A stretch of DNA of 64,000 nucleotides, from the NCBI GenBank assembly GCA_963664825.1, contig OY761614.1:2976001-3040000 (forward strand). The letters are read 5' to 3'. Made by a program: the position numbers and the translations under genes. This stretch comes from an uncultured Holophaga sp. GTDB taxonomy: Bacteria > Acidobacteriota > Holophagae > Holophagales > Holophagaceae. Position 1 is the stretch's first letter; every line of letters starts with the position of its first letter. Positions 38,206 to 47,220 of this stretch are shown here, piece after piece. The notes under the pieces are model-generated. The model had not been told where the DNA came from. It searched no databases and saw nothing but the letters and a program-made list of their open reading frames with translations.

Positions 38206-40965
38206 GTGGAAAGGAAGCTGAGCCTTCCGTGCTGGGTTTCGACCAGGGTGATCTGCACGCTGTTGCTCGCATGTTTGGGGGCAAGCCTTCCAGGACTTTA
38301 TGGCCAGGAGATGGCGCGGGCGCCGATTCGGTTCGAACTCACGCCGCCGGACTATCGTCTGGAGCTTTTCCCCCGCGCCTTTGCCCCCGCTCAGCGTCAC
38401 CTCGTCCTAGCCCTTGGGGGTGGTGGGGCCAAGGGTATCGCCCATGCCGGTGTTCTTCAGCGCCTGCAGGAGGAAGGGATCCCCGTTTCTGGGATCGCCG
38501 GTACGAGCATGGGGGCATGCATCGGATCCATGTATGCCGCTGGCTACTCGGGGTTTGCCATCGAGGGTTTGCTGAAAAAGGTTGACCTTGGGGCACTCCT
38601 ACTGGATCGGCAGCACCGACTCCCTGGCAAGACGCTATGGGAGCAAGAGAACGAGCGAATCACCTTCCTATCCCTGGAATATAAACCAGGATCCGGGCTC
38701 GCCTTCTCCCCCGGCACCTCTTCCGGCCTGGATCTGAGGCGTGCGCTTCAGATCCTCCTGAGTCGTAGTTCCTACCGTGGGAGCGATTCCTTCGATGAAC
38801 TCCGTGTCCCTTTCAGGGCTGTTGCCTCCAACCTCCAAACAGGACGGGCTGCTGCACCCTCCCATGGGGAATTAAGTACCATTGTGCGGGCCTCCATGAG
38901 CATCCCTGGCATCTTCAATCCCGTAATGCTGGGGGAGCATCAGCATGTGGATGGCATGCTGGTCCAGAACTTGCCGGTGGAGACCGCGAAAAGCCTAGAT
39001 CCTCACGCGGCAGTCATAGCCGTAGAAGTGGGGGGGAGTTTGGACGCTGTGCGCCAGAATTCCATCCTCGGGTTGGCTTTCCGTTCGCTCGAGGTGAGCG
39101 TTGAAGAACGCACGGAAATCAGTCGCCGGGCAGCGGATCTCCTCCTTCGTCCCGCCACGGACAAGATTCCCCACCTCGAGTTCCATCTGCAGGTTTCGGC
39201 CGCCATCCAGGAGGGGCGGCGTGCATTCGATGACCGATTGGACGCCCTGGAAGACCTCCTCTATGGTCTGGAGGGTGCGTCTCCTGCGCCAGGCGGAACG
39301 GTAATCCTTCAGGTGCCTGGGGCAGTGGAAGGTCAGATCCAGACCCTCGTGGAGACAACACTGCCAAAGGGGCCTCGTTTGCGCCGCCACTACCTGCGCA
39401 TGCTCCGCCGGATATACGCAGGGGGATTCGCGCAGCGGGCGGAAATTCGTTTTCCGCCAGAGGGCCCAATCCTTGAGGTAGAACCCTACCCGATGGTGAA
39501 CCGTATCGAGGTACAAGCTCCCGAAGAGTGGCGCGGATCTCTATTACGGGTCCTGAACGAAGCGCAGGTTAGAACGGGCGTTGCCTTCAATCCGGTGAAC
39601 CTGGGTCGAGCCCTGGATGGCTTCTTCCTGCGCGTCACCCTCCGGGGCAGGCTCGCAGTAAACACGGAGGGAACCGTCTTCGATCCCGCCACGGGTGTAC
39701 TGCATCTGAAGATCAATGAACCGGTTCCGAAGGTGATCCAAGTCCAGGAGGGCATTCTCTCCCAAGCCCAGACCACCTATATCAGGAACCTGTTTGCCCC
39801 CTTTGAAGGTTGTTCCGTTGATGTGTCAGCCTTCACGCGTAGATTCCAGCTAGCCGAACAGCGGCTTGGTCTGGAGGAGCTCCGGGTCACTGCAGACTAC
39901 GCCGGATCCAGCGCACGGATGCTGCTCACACCTATTCCGGAGATGCGGACGACGGTGGACGGGATCTTCGCGTACGAGAGCACTTGGGAGGCACATGTGG
40001 GTGCGTCGGTACATACCAACCGCCTCTTCGGTTCCGATTGCGGGTTCGGGTTCCAAGCCAGCACCGACAAATTGAGGGATGCCGTGGATCTGGAAGTCAC
40101 TCGCGTTTTTGGTATGTGGCCACGCCTTGGATGGCGGATTTCTGGGACGCAAACCATGCAGCGATTCCTGCCCGAAGCCCTCCGACCGCCTTCCTTACTC
40201 GGCTCGTCAGCCTCGCTCCTGGAAGATGGATCCCTTCGGGAGCGGAACCTGGGCCTCGGCATGTTTGCCCGCTTCGGAATGGAGGATCGAGGCCTGCTCT
40301 CCCTCGAATGTAGTCGTAGGTGGAGTGATATTCGCCCCACAGCCTCAGGTTGGGCGATGCCCCGCATGGACCAAGTCCAGTTTATGGGCGAATGGGATAG
40401 CTTCGACCGATATCTGTTCCCGACCAAAGGCACTTTGGTACGCCTCAAACTTGGCGAGGGATGGCTACCGTCAGGAGAAACCGGGACAGATGGGAAGACC
40501 TATCATTTTGCCTATGCCCGTGCGCGAAACCTGTGGTCCATGGGGACATGGGCCAGCTTGGAAGGTGATCTGGAGTCTGGCTTGGGTTGGAATCTCCCAT
40601 TGACCCGTTGGTATAGCGTCGGAGGACCTTCCTTTATGGCGGGAACCGCGAGTGCGGGTTTGCTGACGCCGAATTTCGCTGTGGCCCGGGTGGGGTTCCC
40701 GATCCGCGTCGTGAATATGTTTGGGGTCAACCTGCAAGTGGTTCCTAGGTTGGATGTCGGATATCTGGGCGGTCCGAAACCCAGCCACTTGCAGGATGGG
40801 ACCTTCGCCCGTGGACTCGGTGCCAGTTTGCGTTCCGAGATCGGTCGCTGGTACTGCGAGGTCGCGGTGGGGCGATGGTTTGCGACCGATGCCGGAATGG
40901 TCGAGAAGACGCGGATCAACGTGCTGTTCGGAGCCCACCCCTTTGATCTTTGGCGGGAGCGCTAG
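38206..40965 (+). CDS. Patatin-like phospholipase fused to POTRA and Omp85-like barrel (PlpD / type Vd-like)
   Basis: LGGGGAKG, GTSMG, ASMSIPG, DG motif; C-terminal beta-strand-rich region with D...FPTKG; AGGAGG before GTG 38206. Confidence 0.85.
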   Translation: MERKLSLPCWVSTRVICTLLLACLGASLPGLYGQEMARAPIRFELTPPDYRLELFPRAFAPAQRHLVLALGGGGAKGIAHAGVLQRLQEEGIPVSGIAGTSMGACIGSMYAAGYSGFAIEGLLKKVDLGALLLDRQHRLPGKTLWEQENERITFLSLEYKPGSGLAFSPGTSSGLDLRRALQILLSRSSYRGSDSFDELRVPFRAVASNLQTGRAAAPSHGELSTIVRASMSIPGIFNPVMLGEHQHVDGMLVQNLPVETAKSLDPHAAVIAVEVGGSLDAVRQNSILGLAFRSLEVSVEERTEISRRAADLLLRPATDKIPHLEFHLQVSAAIQEGRRAFDDRLDALEDLLYGLEGASPAPGGTVILQVPGAVEGQIQTLVETTLPKGPRLRRHYLRMLRRIYAGGFAQRAEIRFPPEGPILEVEPYPMVNRIEVQAPEEWRGSLLRVLNEAQVRTGVAFNPVNLGRALDGFFLRVTLRGRLAVNTEGTVFDPATGVLHLKINEPVPKVIQVQEGILSQAQTTYIRNLFAPFEGCSVDVSAFTRRFQLAEQRLGLEELRVTADYAGSSARMLLTPIPEMRTTVDGIFAYESTWEAHVGASVHTNRLFGSDCGFGFQASTDKLRDAVDLEVTRVFGMWPRLGWRISGTQTMQRFLPEALRPPSLLGSSASLLEDGSLRERNLGLGMFARFGMEDRGLLSLECSRRWSDIRPTASGWAMPRMDQVQFMGEWDSFDRYLFPTKGTLVRLKLGEGWLPSGETGTDGKTYHFAYARARNLWSMGTWASLEGDLESGLGWNLPLTRWYSVGGPSFMAGTASAGLLTPNFAVARVGFPIRVVNMFGVNLQVVPRLDVGYLGGPKPSHLQDGTFARGLGASLRSEIGRWYCEVAVGRWFATDAGMVEKTRINVLFGAHPFDLWRER

Positions 40966-41441
40966 TGCGATGCCATCTGGCTTTCCCCATCCTTATGATT
41001 TGTGGAGCATGTGCGCATCCTGTATCTCAAATTACATGTTTTGATGAACACAAGCTGGTTGGACTTCGTTTTTTCTACATTGTTCCCGCAAAGGAGCAAT
41101 CCAGGATTGTCATATGGAACATGAATTCCGTTGATTCCGCGACAACCGCACGCTTGGTAGGAACAGAGCTCAATGCAAAAGGATACGAGGCCGACGCCTC
41201 AAGTAAAGCTGATTTATTGGTCTATGTAAGAACTTTTGAAGGCAATTCAAAACAAACTTCAAAAAATATTACTTTATTGTTAGATGTCTTTGACAAGACT
41301 GGTCAATACAAGCTCTGGAACGGAAGGGCTGAACTCTCATGCGGTCAAGTCGTGTCGAATGGAGATTTGAATCATTTAAAGCTCAAAAATGCCATTGTCG
41401 AGTTGTTTGCTGATTTTCCAAAACATAATAAATCACACTGA
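40965..41441 (+). CDS. Lipoprotein, DUF4136-like
   Basis: Lipobox-like CGAC; L.AKGY...ADLLV...TLLLDVFD....LWNG.A...F..FP pattern. Confidence 0.6.
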   Translation: MRCHLAFPILMICGACAHPVSQITCFDEHKLVGLRFFYIVPAKEQSRIVIWNMNSVDSATTARLVGTELNAKGYEADASSKADLLVYVRTFEGNSKQTSKNITLLLDVFDKTGQYKLWNGRAELSCGQVVSNGDLNHLKLKNAIVELFADFPKHNKSH

Positions 41442-41963
41442 CTTGCCCGTAATTCGGTGATGCAGCATGTCCTTTTTTTGCAAAACTATTCTTGCTTTTC
41501 CCATAGCCTTAGGCCCCCTGGCTTTCAGCCAAACCGAGGATGCGTGGCCGGACCCGGGTCCTCCAGTCACACGGGATCTGTTCCCTTTGAATATGACGCA
41601 GCTCACTGGGGTGGTGATCTCCGCCTTGCAAGTGCCTGGGTCCTTGGCACGAAGACCCGCAGGATTGCAGGTGAAGGATTGGCCGAGGAACTCGCCACCA
41701 TCCTGGGTTCCGGGCTGAAGCCGACCTTGATCCCCCAGGTGCTTCGGGGCCACAGTGCAGTGCACTCCGTCGCCCGGTACGAGGCCATCGAAGGGATTGT
41801 GAGGGCATTTGTATTGGGGCTTCAGAACCAGACGGGAACATACGTTCCACGAAATTGAATGTGCTCCCTTTTGGGAGCGGGTGAACAAGGAATGAACCTG
41901 TGTCGCCCTGACAAACCTCGAAAGTCCGCACTGTCATTAGCATTCCATGGATGATGATTTTAA

Positions 41964-42005
41964 ATAATCCTTAGGTCGGCGGTTCGAATCCGCCTCCAGC
42001 CACCA
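41964..42005 (+). repeat. Second copy of the tRNA-CAT 3' end (attR of island B)
   Basis: Identical to 11564-11605. Confidence 0.92.
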
Positions 42006-42012
42006 CCGAAAC

Positions 42013-42043
42013 AAAGCCCCGACACCACTAGGTTTCGGGGCTT
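42013..42043. terminator. Terminator after the tRNA fragment, near-identical to 11610-11642; may also end the convergent kinase gene
   Basis: AAAGCCCCGA-caccactaggtt-TCGGGGCTT. Confidence 0.75.
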
Positions 42044-43371
42044 GTCTTTGATGCAGGGCTCGGTCCTGCAGCAGGGATTCGCAGGATCGCCCGGGCACCC
42101 CCCTTCTCTCGGTTGAGGAGCCTCAGATCGCCTCCATGGCCCTCGGCGATCTGGCGGGCGAGGAGCAGGCCGATGCCGCTGCCGCCGGGCTTGGTGGTGA
42201 AGAAGGGCACGAAGAGGTTGCCGCCCTGGGGCAGTCCGGGGCCCTCGTCCTCCACGAGGAATTCCACGGAATCCCGCCCCAAGCGCCAGGTCATATCCAC
42301 GGCCCCGCCGGTCTCCAGGGACGCGTCGGCGGCGTTGCGCACGAGGTTGATGAGGGCCTGTTCCAGCTGATCGCCGTCGGCCTGGAGGCGGGCGGGGGGC
42401 CCCTGGGCGACGCGCACGCTCAGGCGCCCCTCCAGGGCGGCGGCCTTGCGCACGAGGGCTTCTACATCCACCATGCCTAGGCACGGCTCTGGGAGTTTCG
42501 CCAGCCGCGTATAGGCCTCCATGAAACGCCCCAGCGCCTGGGCCCTGGAGGCGATGATGGACAGCCCCTGTCGTGCGTCCATCCGCCAGTCCTCTCCTTG
42601 CTGCTCGATGATCGTGCCGATGCTGCCCGAGAGGGACTGGATCGGCGCCAGGGAATTGTTGATCTCGTGGCCCAGCACCCGGATGAGGCGCTGCCAAGCC
42701 TGGCGCTCTTCTTCGCGGAGGGGCCGGGTGAGGTCGGAGAGCACCAGGAGCTGATGGGGCCTGCCGCCCTGCCGGAAGATGCCGCGCCGCAGTTCGAAGC
42801 GCCCCGTGCGCCCGGGGAACGCCAGGTCCAGGAGACGGGGCCTATCCTCGCCCAGGGCTTCCGAAAGCCCCAATTCGGAGGCGGGGAGCCCCAGCAATCG
42901 CACCTGGGGCTTGGCCAGCAGAGCCTCTCCCGCACGGTTGACGAGCCTGAGCAGGCCTCCCTCGTCGAAGGCGAAGATCGCCACGTCGATCTCGGCCATC
43001 ACCGTGCGCAGGAGGGCCGTGGCCTCCATGGCCTTCAGCCGCTGCCGCTGGAGGAGTTCGGAGAGGTTATTGAGTTCCAGAAATACCGTGGCCAGCGCGT
43101 CATCCCCGGGGTGGGTGTGGGCCCGGAAGGAGAAATCCCCGGCCTTCAGGGCGCTCAGGAGGTTCGAGAGGGTCTGCAGGGGCCGTTGAGCCAGGAGGCG
43201 CAGACGGTGCGCCGTCCAGATCGAGGCCGCCAGGGCCCCGGAGCCGAGCCCAAGCTTCAGGAGGCAATGCAGGGGGCTGGCGTGCAGGAGGAAGGCGAGG
43301 AGGCCTAGTGCCGGCAGGGCCCCCGCCATCGCCAGGAGCTGGAGCCTCCGGTCGTGGGAGAGGCGGATCAT
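42028..43371 (-). CDS. Sensor histidine kinase (two TM, PAS-like, HisKA, HATPase)
   Basis: HEINNSL H-box, NLVRNA, DEGPG, FFTTK, GSGIGL. Confidence 0.93.
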   Translation of the reverse strand: MIRLSHDRRLQLLAMAGALPALGLLAFLLHASPLHCLLKLGLGSGALAASIWTAHRLRLLAQRPLQTLSNLLSALKAGDFSFRAHTHPGDDALATVFLELNNLSELLQRQRLKAMEATALLRTVMAEIDVAIFAFDEGGLLRLVNRAGEALLAKPQVRLLGLPASELGLSEALGEDRPRLLDLAFPGRTGRFELRRGIFRQGGRPHQLLVLSDLTRPLREEERQAWQRLIRVLGHEINNSLAPIQSLSGSIGTIIEQQGEDWRMDARQGLSIIASRAQALGRFMEAYTRLAKLPEPCLGMVDVEALVRKAAALEGRLSVRVAQGPPARLQADGDQLEQALINLVRNAADASLETGGAVDMTWRLGRDSVEFLVEDEGPGLPQGGNLFVPFFTTKPGGSGIGLLLARQIAEGHGGDLRLLNREKGGARAILRIPAAGPSPASKTSPET

Positions 43372-44714
43372 CCGGAGATCCCGTATTTCTGAAGCCGTCG
43401 ATACATCGCGCTGCGGGAGAGCCCCAGAGCCTCGGCGGCGGCGGTGGCGCTGCCATGCCTGGCGAGGGCCTTGCGGATGAGCAGGGCCTCGACATCTTCC
43501 AGGGCCAGGGCGTCCAGGTCCCGGGAGGGCGCCGCCAGCAGCAGATCGGTGGCGGCCACCCGGGGCCCGGCCGTCATGAGCACGGCGCGCTCCACGGCGT
43601 GATCCAGTTCCCGGATATTGCCGGGCCAGGGGTGCTGCTCCAGCGCTCGGAGGGCCCGCTCCTCGAATCCGGACAGGTGCTTCCGGTATTTCAGGGCGTA
43701 GCCCTGGAGGAAGCGGGTGGCCAGCGGCGGGATATCCTCCCGGCGCTCCCTCAAGGGGGGAAGGTGGATCTCAACGGTATTGAGTCGGAAGAAGAGATCC
43801 CGGCGGAAGCGTCCGGCGTTGACCTCCGATTCCAGGTCGGCGTTGGTGGCGCTGAGGATCCGCACATCGGCGTGCAGGATGCGATTGGAGCCCACCCGCT
43901 CGTATTCGCCGGTCTCCAGTACCCGCAGGAGCTTGGCCTGCAAGGCCGCCGGGGCGTTGGCGATCTCATCGAGGAAGAGGGTCCCGCCGTCGGCCATCTC
44001 GAAGCGCCCGGCCCGATCTTCCCGGGCGTCCGTGAAGGCGCCCTTCACGTGTCCGAAGAGCTCGCTTTCCAGCAGGCTTTCGGAGAAGCCTCCCGCATTG
44101 AGGGTGATCAGCGCGTGACTTGAACGGGCCGAGGCGGCGTGCAGGCACCGGGCCAGGAGGCTCTTGCCCGTGCCATTCTCTCCCGTGAGCAGTACGCTCG
44201 CATCCGAAGGCCCCACCCGCTCCAGGAGGCGCAGCACGGGCTCCATGGCCCGGGACTGGGCCACCATCTGCGGCGCCCCCTCGCCCCGCAACAGGCGATT
44301 CTCGGCCTCCAGGCGCTGGCCATTCCGCAGGGCGGTGGAGAGTGCCAATTGGGTGCGCAGGGTGGCCAGGAGTCGGGCGTTCTCCCAGGGCTTCTGAATG
44401 AAATCCCGCGCACCCCGCCGCATGGCCTCCACTGTCAGCTCGATGCTGCCCCAGGCCGTCATCACCACCACCGGCAGGAGGGGATCCAGGGACTGCACCC
44501 GTTCCAGCAACTCCAGGCCCTCCTGGCCCGAGGTGGTGTCCTGGGTGTAGTTCATGTCCATGAGCAGCAGTTCGGGGGCCGTGGCCTCCACGGCCGCCAG
44601 GGTGGCGGCCGGTGAAGCCGCCGTGTCCACCCTGAAACCCTCGGATTTCAGGAGCAGGCGCAGGCTCTCTCGGATATCAGACTGGTCATCGGCCAGCAGG
44701 ATTCGTGCGTTCAT
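43368..44714 (-). CDS. Sigma54-dependent response regulator (NtrC family)
   Basis: Receiver domain (ADD, LMD, KPW), GENGTGKS, GAFTDA, LFLDEI, WPGNIREL, Fis-type HTH. Confidence 0.95.
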   Translation of the reverse strand: MNARILLADDQSDIRESLRLLLKSEGFRVDTAASPAATLAAVEATAPELLLMDMNYTQDTTSGQEGLELLERVQSLDPLLPVVVMTAWGSIELTVEAMRRGARDFIQKPWENARLLATLRTQLALSTALRNGQRLEAENRLLRGEGAPQMVAQSRAMEPVLRLLERVGPSDASVLLTGENGTGKSLLARCLHAASARSSHALITLNAGGFSESLLESELFGHVKGAFTDAREDRAGRFEMADGGTLFLDEIANAPAALQAKLLRVLETGEYERVGSNRILHADVRILSATNADLESEVNAGRFRRDLFFRLNTVEIHLPPLRERREDIPPLATRFLQGYALKYRKHLSGFEERALRALEQHPWPGNIRELDHAVERAVLMTAGPRVAATDLLLAAPSRDLDALALEDVEALLIRKALARHGSATAAAEALGLSRSAMYRRLQKYGISG

Positions 44715-44808
44715 GTCTCTAGGCTACTAAAGCCTGGGGGCTCCCCGTTTCAATTAATCCCGTGGGTCCTGGACCGATGGTGGGAGATCCGGGGCTTGGG
44801 TGCGGGAC

Positions 44809-47217
44809 TCATTCGCTTCGCAGCGCCCGGGTGGGGTCTACCCGGACCGCCCGCAGGGCGGGAACCAGGCAGGCCAGGAGGGCCACCGTCATCAGGAGCA
44901 GCAGGACGGCGGTCAGCGTCAGGGGATCGGCTGTGCCGAGGCCCGTGATCTGGCTCTGGAGCAGCCTGCCCAGCATCAGGGACCCCGCCAGCCCTAAGGC
45001 GGCGCCCACGGTGACGGTGCCCAGGCCCTGGCCCAGCACCAGGCCGATGACATCCCAGACCCGGGCGCCCAGGGCCATGCGGATGCCGATCTCCCGCCTG
45101 CGCTGGGCCACCAGGAAGCTGGTGACGCCGTAGATGCCTACGGTGGCCAGGATCAGGGCCAGCAGGCCGAAGACGCTGAAGAGCAGGCTCTGGGCGCGAT
45201 TTTCCCCGAGGTCCCGGGCCATCCATTCCTCCATGGTCCTCAGGCGCCCCGCGGGGATCTCCGGATCCACGTCCCGCAGGGCTCCCTTGAGGGCGGCCTT
45301 CCAGCCATTGGGATTCCCTTCCGTCCGGAGGAGCACGGAGACGGCCTGCCCCCTTGGCCCCCCGTACTGGGCGGGATCGAGAAGGGGCATGTAGAGCTCC
45401 AGGCCCGGTTCGTCGGCCAGGCCCATCTGATGGACATCTCCGGCGACGCCGAGGATGGTCATCCAGGGGCCCTGGTCGCCGCCCATGGAGATGCGTTTGC
45501 CCAGAGGGCTCCTCCCGGGCCAGTGGCGGCGGGCGAAGGCTTCACTGATGATGGCCACCTGGGAATCCCTGGGCCCGAAATCCCGGCCCCGGGTCAGTGG
45601 AATGCCCAGGGTCTGGAAGTAGCCCAGGCTCACTCGGTGGCTGATGGCCATGGGGCGGACGCGCGGCGTGGGTTCGCCCTCGATCTGGTAGGCGCTGCTG
45701 GAGGTAGATCCCCCCAGGGGCGGGGTGTCATTGAGGGCCGCTCCCTTCACGCCGGGGATCGCGACGAGGCGTTCCAGGAGCCGGGCTTCGAGGGCCTGTT
45801 CGGTCTTGGCGTCCGGGTATTTCGCCTGAGGCAGGCTGAGGGAGGCCGTGAGCACGCCCTTCGGCTGGAAGCCCGGATCCACGCGCTGGAGCTGCCAGAG
45901 GCTCCTGATCATGAGGCCCGCCCCCGCCAGGAGGGCGGTGGCCAGGGCCACTTCGGCTCCCACCAGGAGACCGCGGAGCCGCCGGTGCACCGGCCCCGTG
46001 GAACCCTTGGCTCCCTCCCGGAGGCCCTCCAGGGGAGCCGAACCCGAGGCCTGGAGGGCGGGGAGGCCGCCGAAGACCAGGGTGGTGAGCAGGGAACACC
46101 CCAGGGTGAAGGCCAGCACATGCGGGTCCAGGCCCAGGGCAGGGGTCCGGAAGGGCAGCAGATACCGGAGCCCCTCCACCGAGAACCGGGCAAGGAGCAG
46201 GCCGGCCGCGCCGCCCAGGAGGGAGAGCAGGAGGCTTTCGGCCAGGAGCTGGGTCAGGATGCGACGGCGGTCCGCGCCCAGGGCCATGCGCAGAGCCAGT
46301 TCCCGCTCCCGGCCCGCGCTGCGGGCCAGGAGGAGATTGGCCACATTGGCGCAGGCGATGAGCAACACGAAGGCCACCGCCCCCAGGAGCGCCAGCAGCG
46401 TGGGCCGGGCGTTGTGCACCACCTCGTCCTGTAGGGCCGTGACCCTGGCGAGATAACCCAGGTTGCTGGCGGGGTAGGCCTTTTCGAGCCCCGCGGCGAT
46501 GCCGCTCATCTCCTGCTGGACTCCCGCCAGCGTGGCTCCGGGCTTCATCCGGCCCACGCAGTCCAGGAACCATGCGCCCCGGCCCGTGGCGAGGTCGGGG
46601 GGCAGGGACAGGGGCACGAAGAGCTCGGAATTGGGGATGCCATAGGGACAATCGAAGCCGGGCGCCATGACGCCGATGATCTCGACGCTCTCCCCATCCA
46701 GCCGCAGGCTGCGCCCCACCGCCCGGGGGTCTCCCCCGAAGCGCCGCAGCCAGAGGGCGTGACTCAGGATTGCCACCCGGGGACTGCCGAAGCGGTCGTC
46801 CTCGGGCCGGAAATTCCGGCCCAGGAGGGGCTGGGCTCCCAGCGTGTCCAGGAAGGTCCAGGAGACGCGGCCGGCCCCCAGGCGCTCCGGATCCCCTTCC
46901 CCGGACAGGTTCACCGCCCCCCCGGTCATCACCGCCAGGGAGGCCAGTTGGGTACTCTGGCGCTGGAAATCCAGGAAGTTGGGATAGGAGAACCCGCCGC
47001 CGCCCCTCATCGGGCGCTCGGGGTTGAATTCCCTCATCGCCACTAGGCGCTGGGCCTCGGGAAAGGGCAGGGGCCTCAGGAGCATGCGGTCCACCAGGCT
47101 GAACACCGCCGTATTGGCTCCGATGCCCAGGGCCAGGGTGAGTACCGCCGCCGACGTGAAACCGGGAGACTTGATCAGGCTACGAAAGGCGGACTTAAGG
47201 TCATGCAGGATGGGCAT
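44809..47217 (-). CDS. Duplicated MacB/FtsX ABC permease (ADOP-like) 5
   Basis: LTLALGIGANTAVFS, LLIACANVANLLL, E.GIRMALGA, PA.RA...DP..ALRSE. Confidence 0.93.
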   Translation of the reverse strand: MPILHDLKSAFRSLIKSPGFTSAAVLTLALGIGANTAVFSLVDRMLLRPLPFPEAQRLVAMREFNPERPMRGGGGFSYPNFLDFQRQSTQLASLAVMTGGAVNLSGEGDPERLGAGRVSWTFLDTLGAQPLLGRNFRPEDDRFGSPRVAILSHALWLRRFGGDPRAVGRSLRLDGESVEIIGVMAPGFDCPYGIPNSELFVPLSLPPDLATGRGAWFLDCVGRMKPGATLAGVQQEMSGIAAGLEKAYPASNLGYLARVTALQDEVVHNARPTLLALLGAVAFVLLIACANVANLLLARSAGRERELALRMALGADRRRILTQLLAESLLLSLLGGAAGLLLARFSVEGLRYLLPFRTPALGLDPHVLAFTLGCSLLTTLVFGGLPALQASGSAPLEGLREGAKGSTGPVHRRLRGLLVGAEVALATALLAGAGLMIRSLWQLQRVDPGFQPKGVLTASLSLPQAKYPDAKTEQALEARLLERLVAIPGVKGAALNDTPPLGGSTSSSAYQIEGEPTPRVRPMAISHRVSLGYFQTLGIPLTRGRDFGPRDSQVAIISEAFARRHWPGRSPLGKRISMGGDQGPWMTILGVAGDVHQMGLADEPGLELYMPLLDPAQYGGPRGQAVSVLLRTEGNPNGWKAALKGALRDVDPEIPAGRLRTMEEWMARDLGENRAQSLLFSVFGLLALILATVGIYGVTSFLVAQRRREIGIRMALGARVWDVIGLVLGQGLGTVTVGAALGLAGSLMLGRLLQSQITGLGTADPLTLTAVLLLLMTVALLACLVPALRAVRVDPTRALRSE

Positions 47218-47220
47218 GGA

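Larger units (their letters stand above)
11606..42005. mobile_element. 30.4-kb genomic island B bounded by 42-bp tRNA-derived direct repeats
   Basis: Identical ATAATCCTTAGGTCGGCGGTTCGAATCCGCCTCCAGCCACCA at 11564-11605 and 41964-42005; integrase, KilA-N and excisionase relics inside. Confidence 0.8.
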
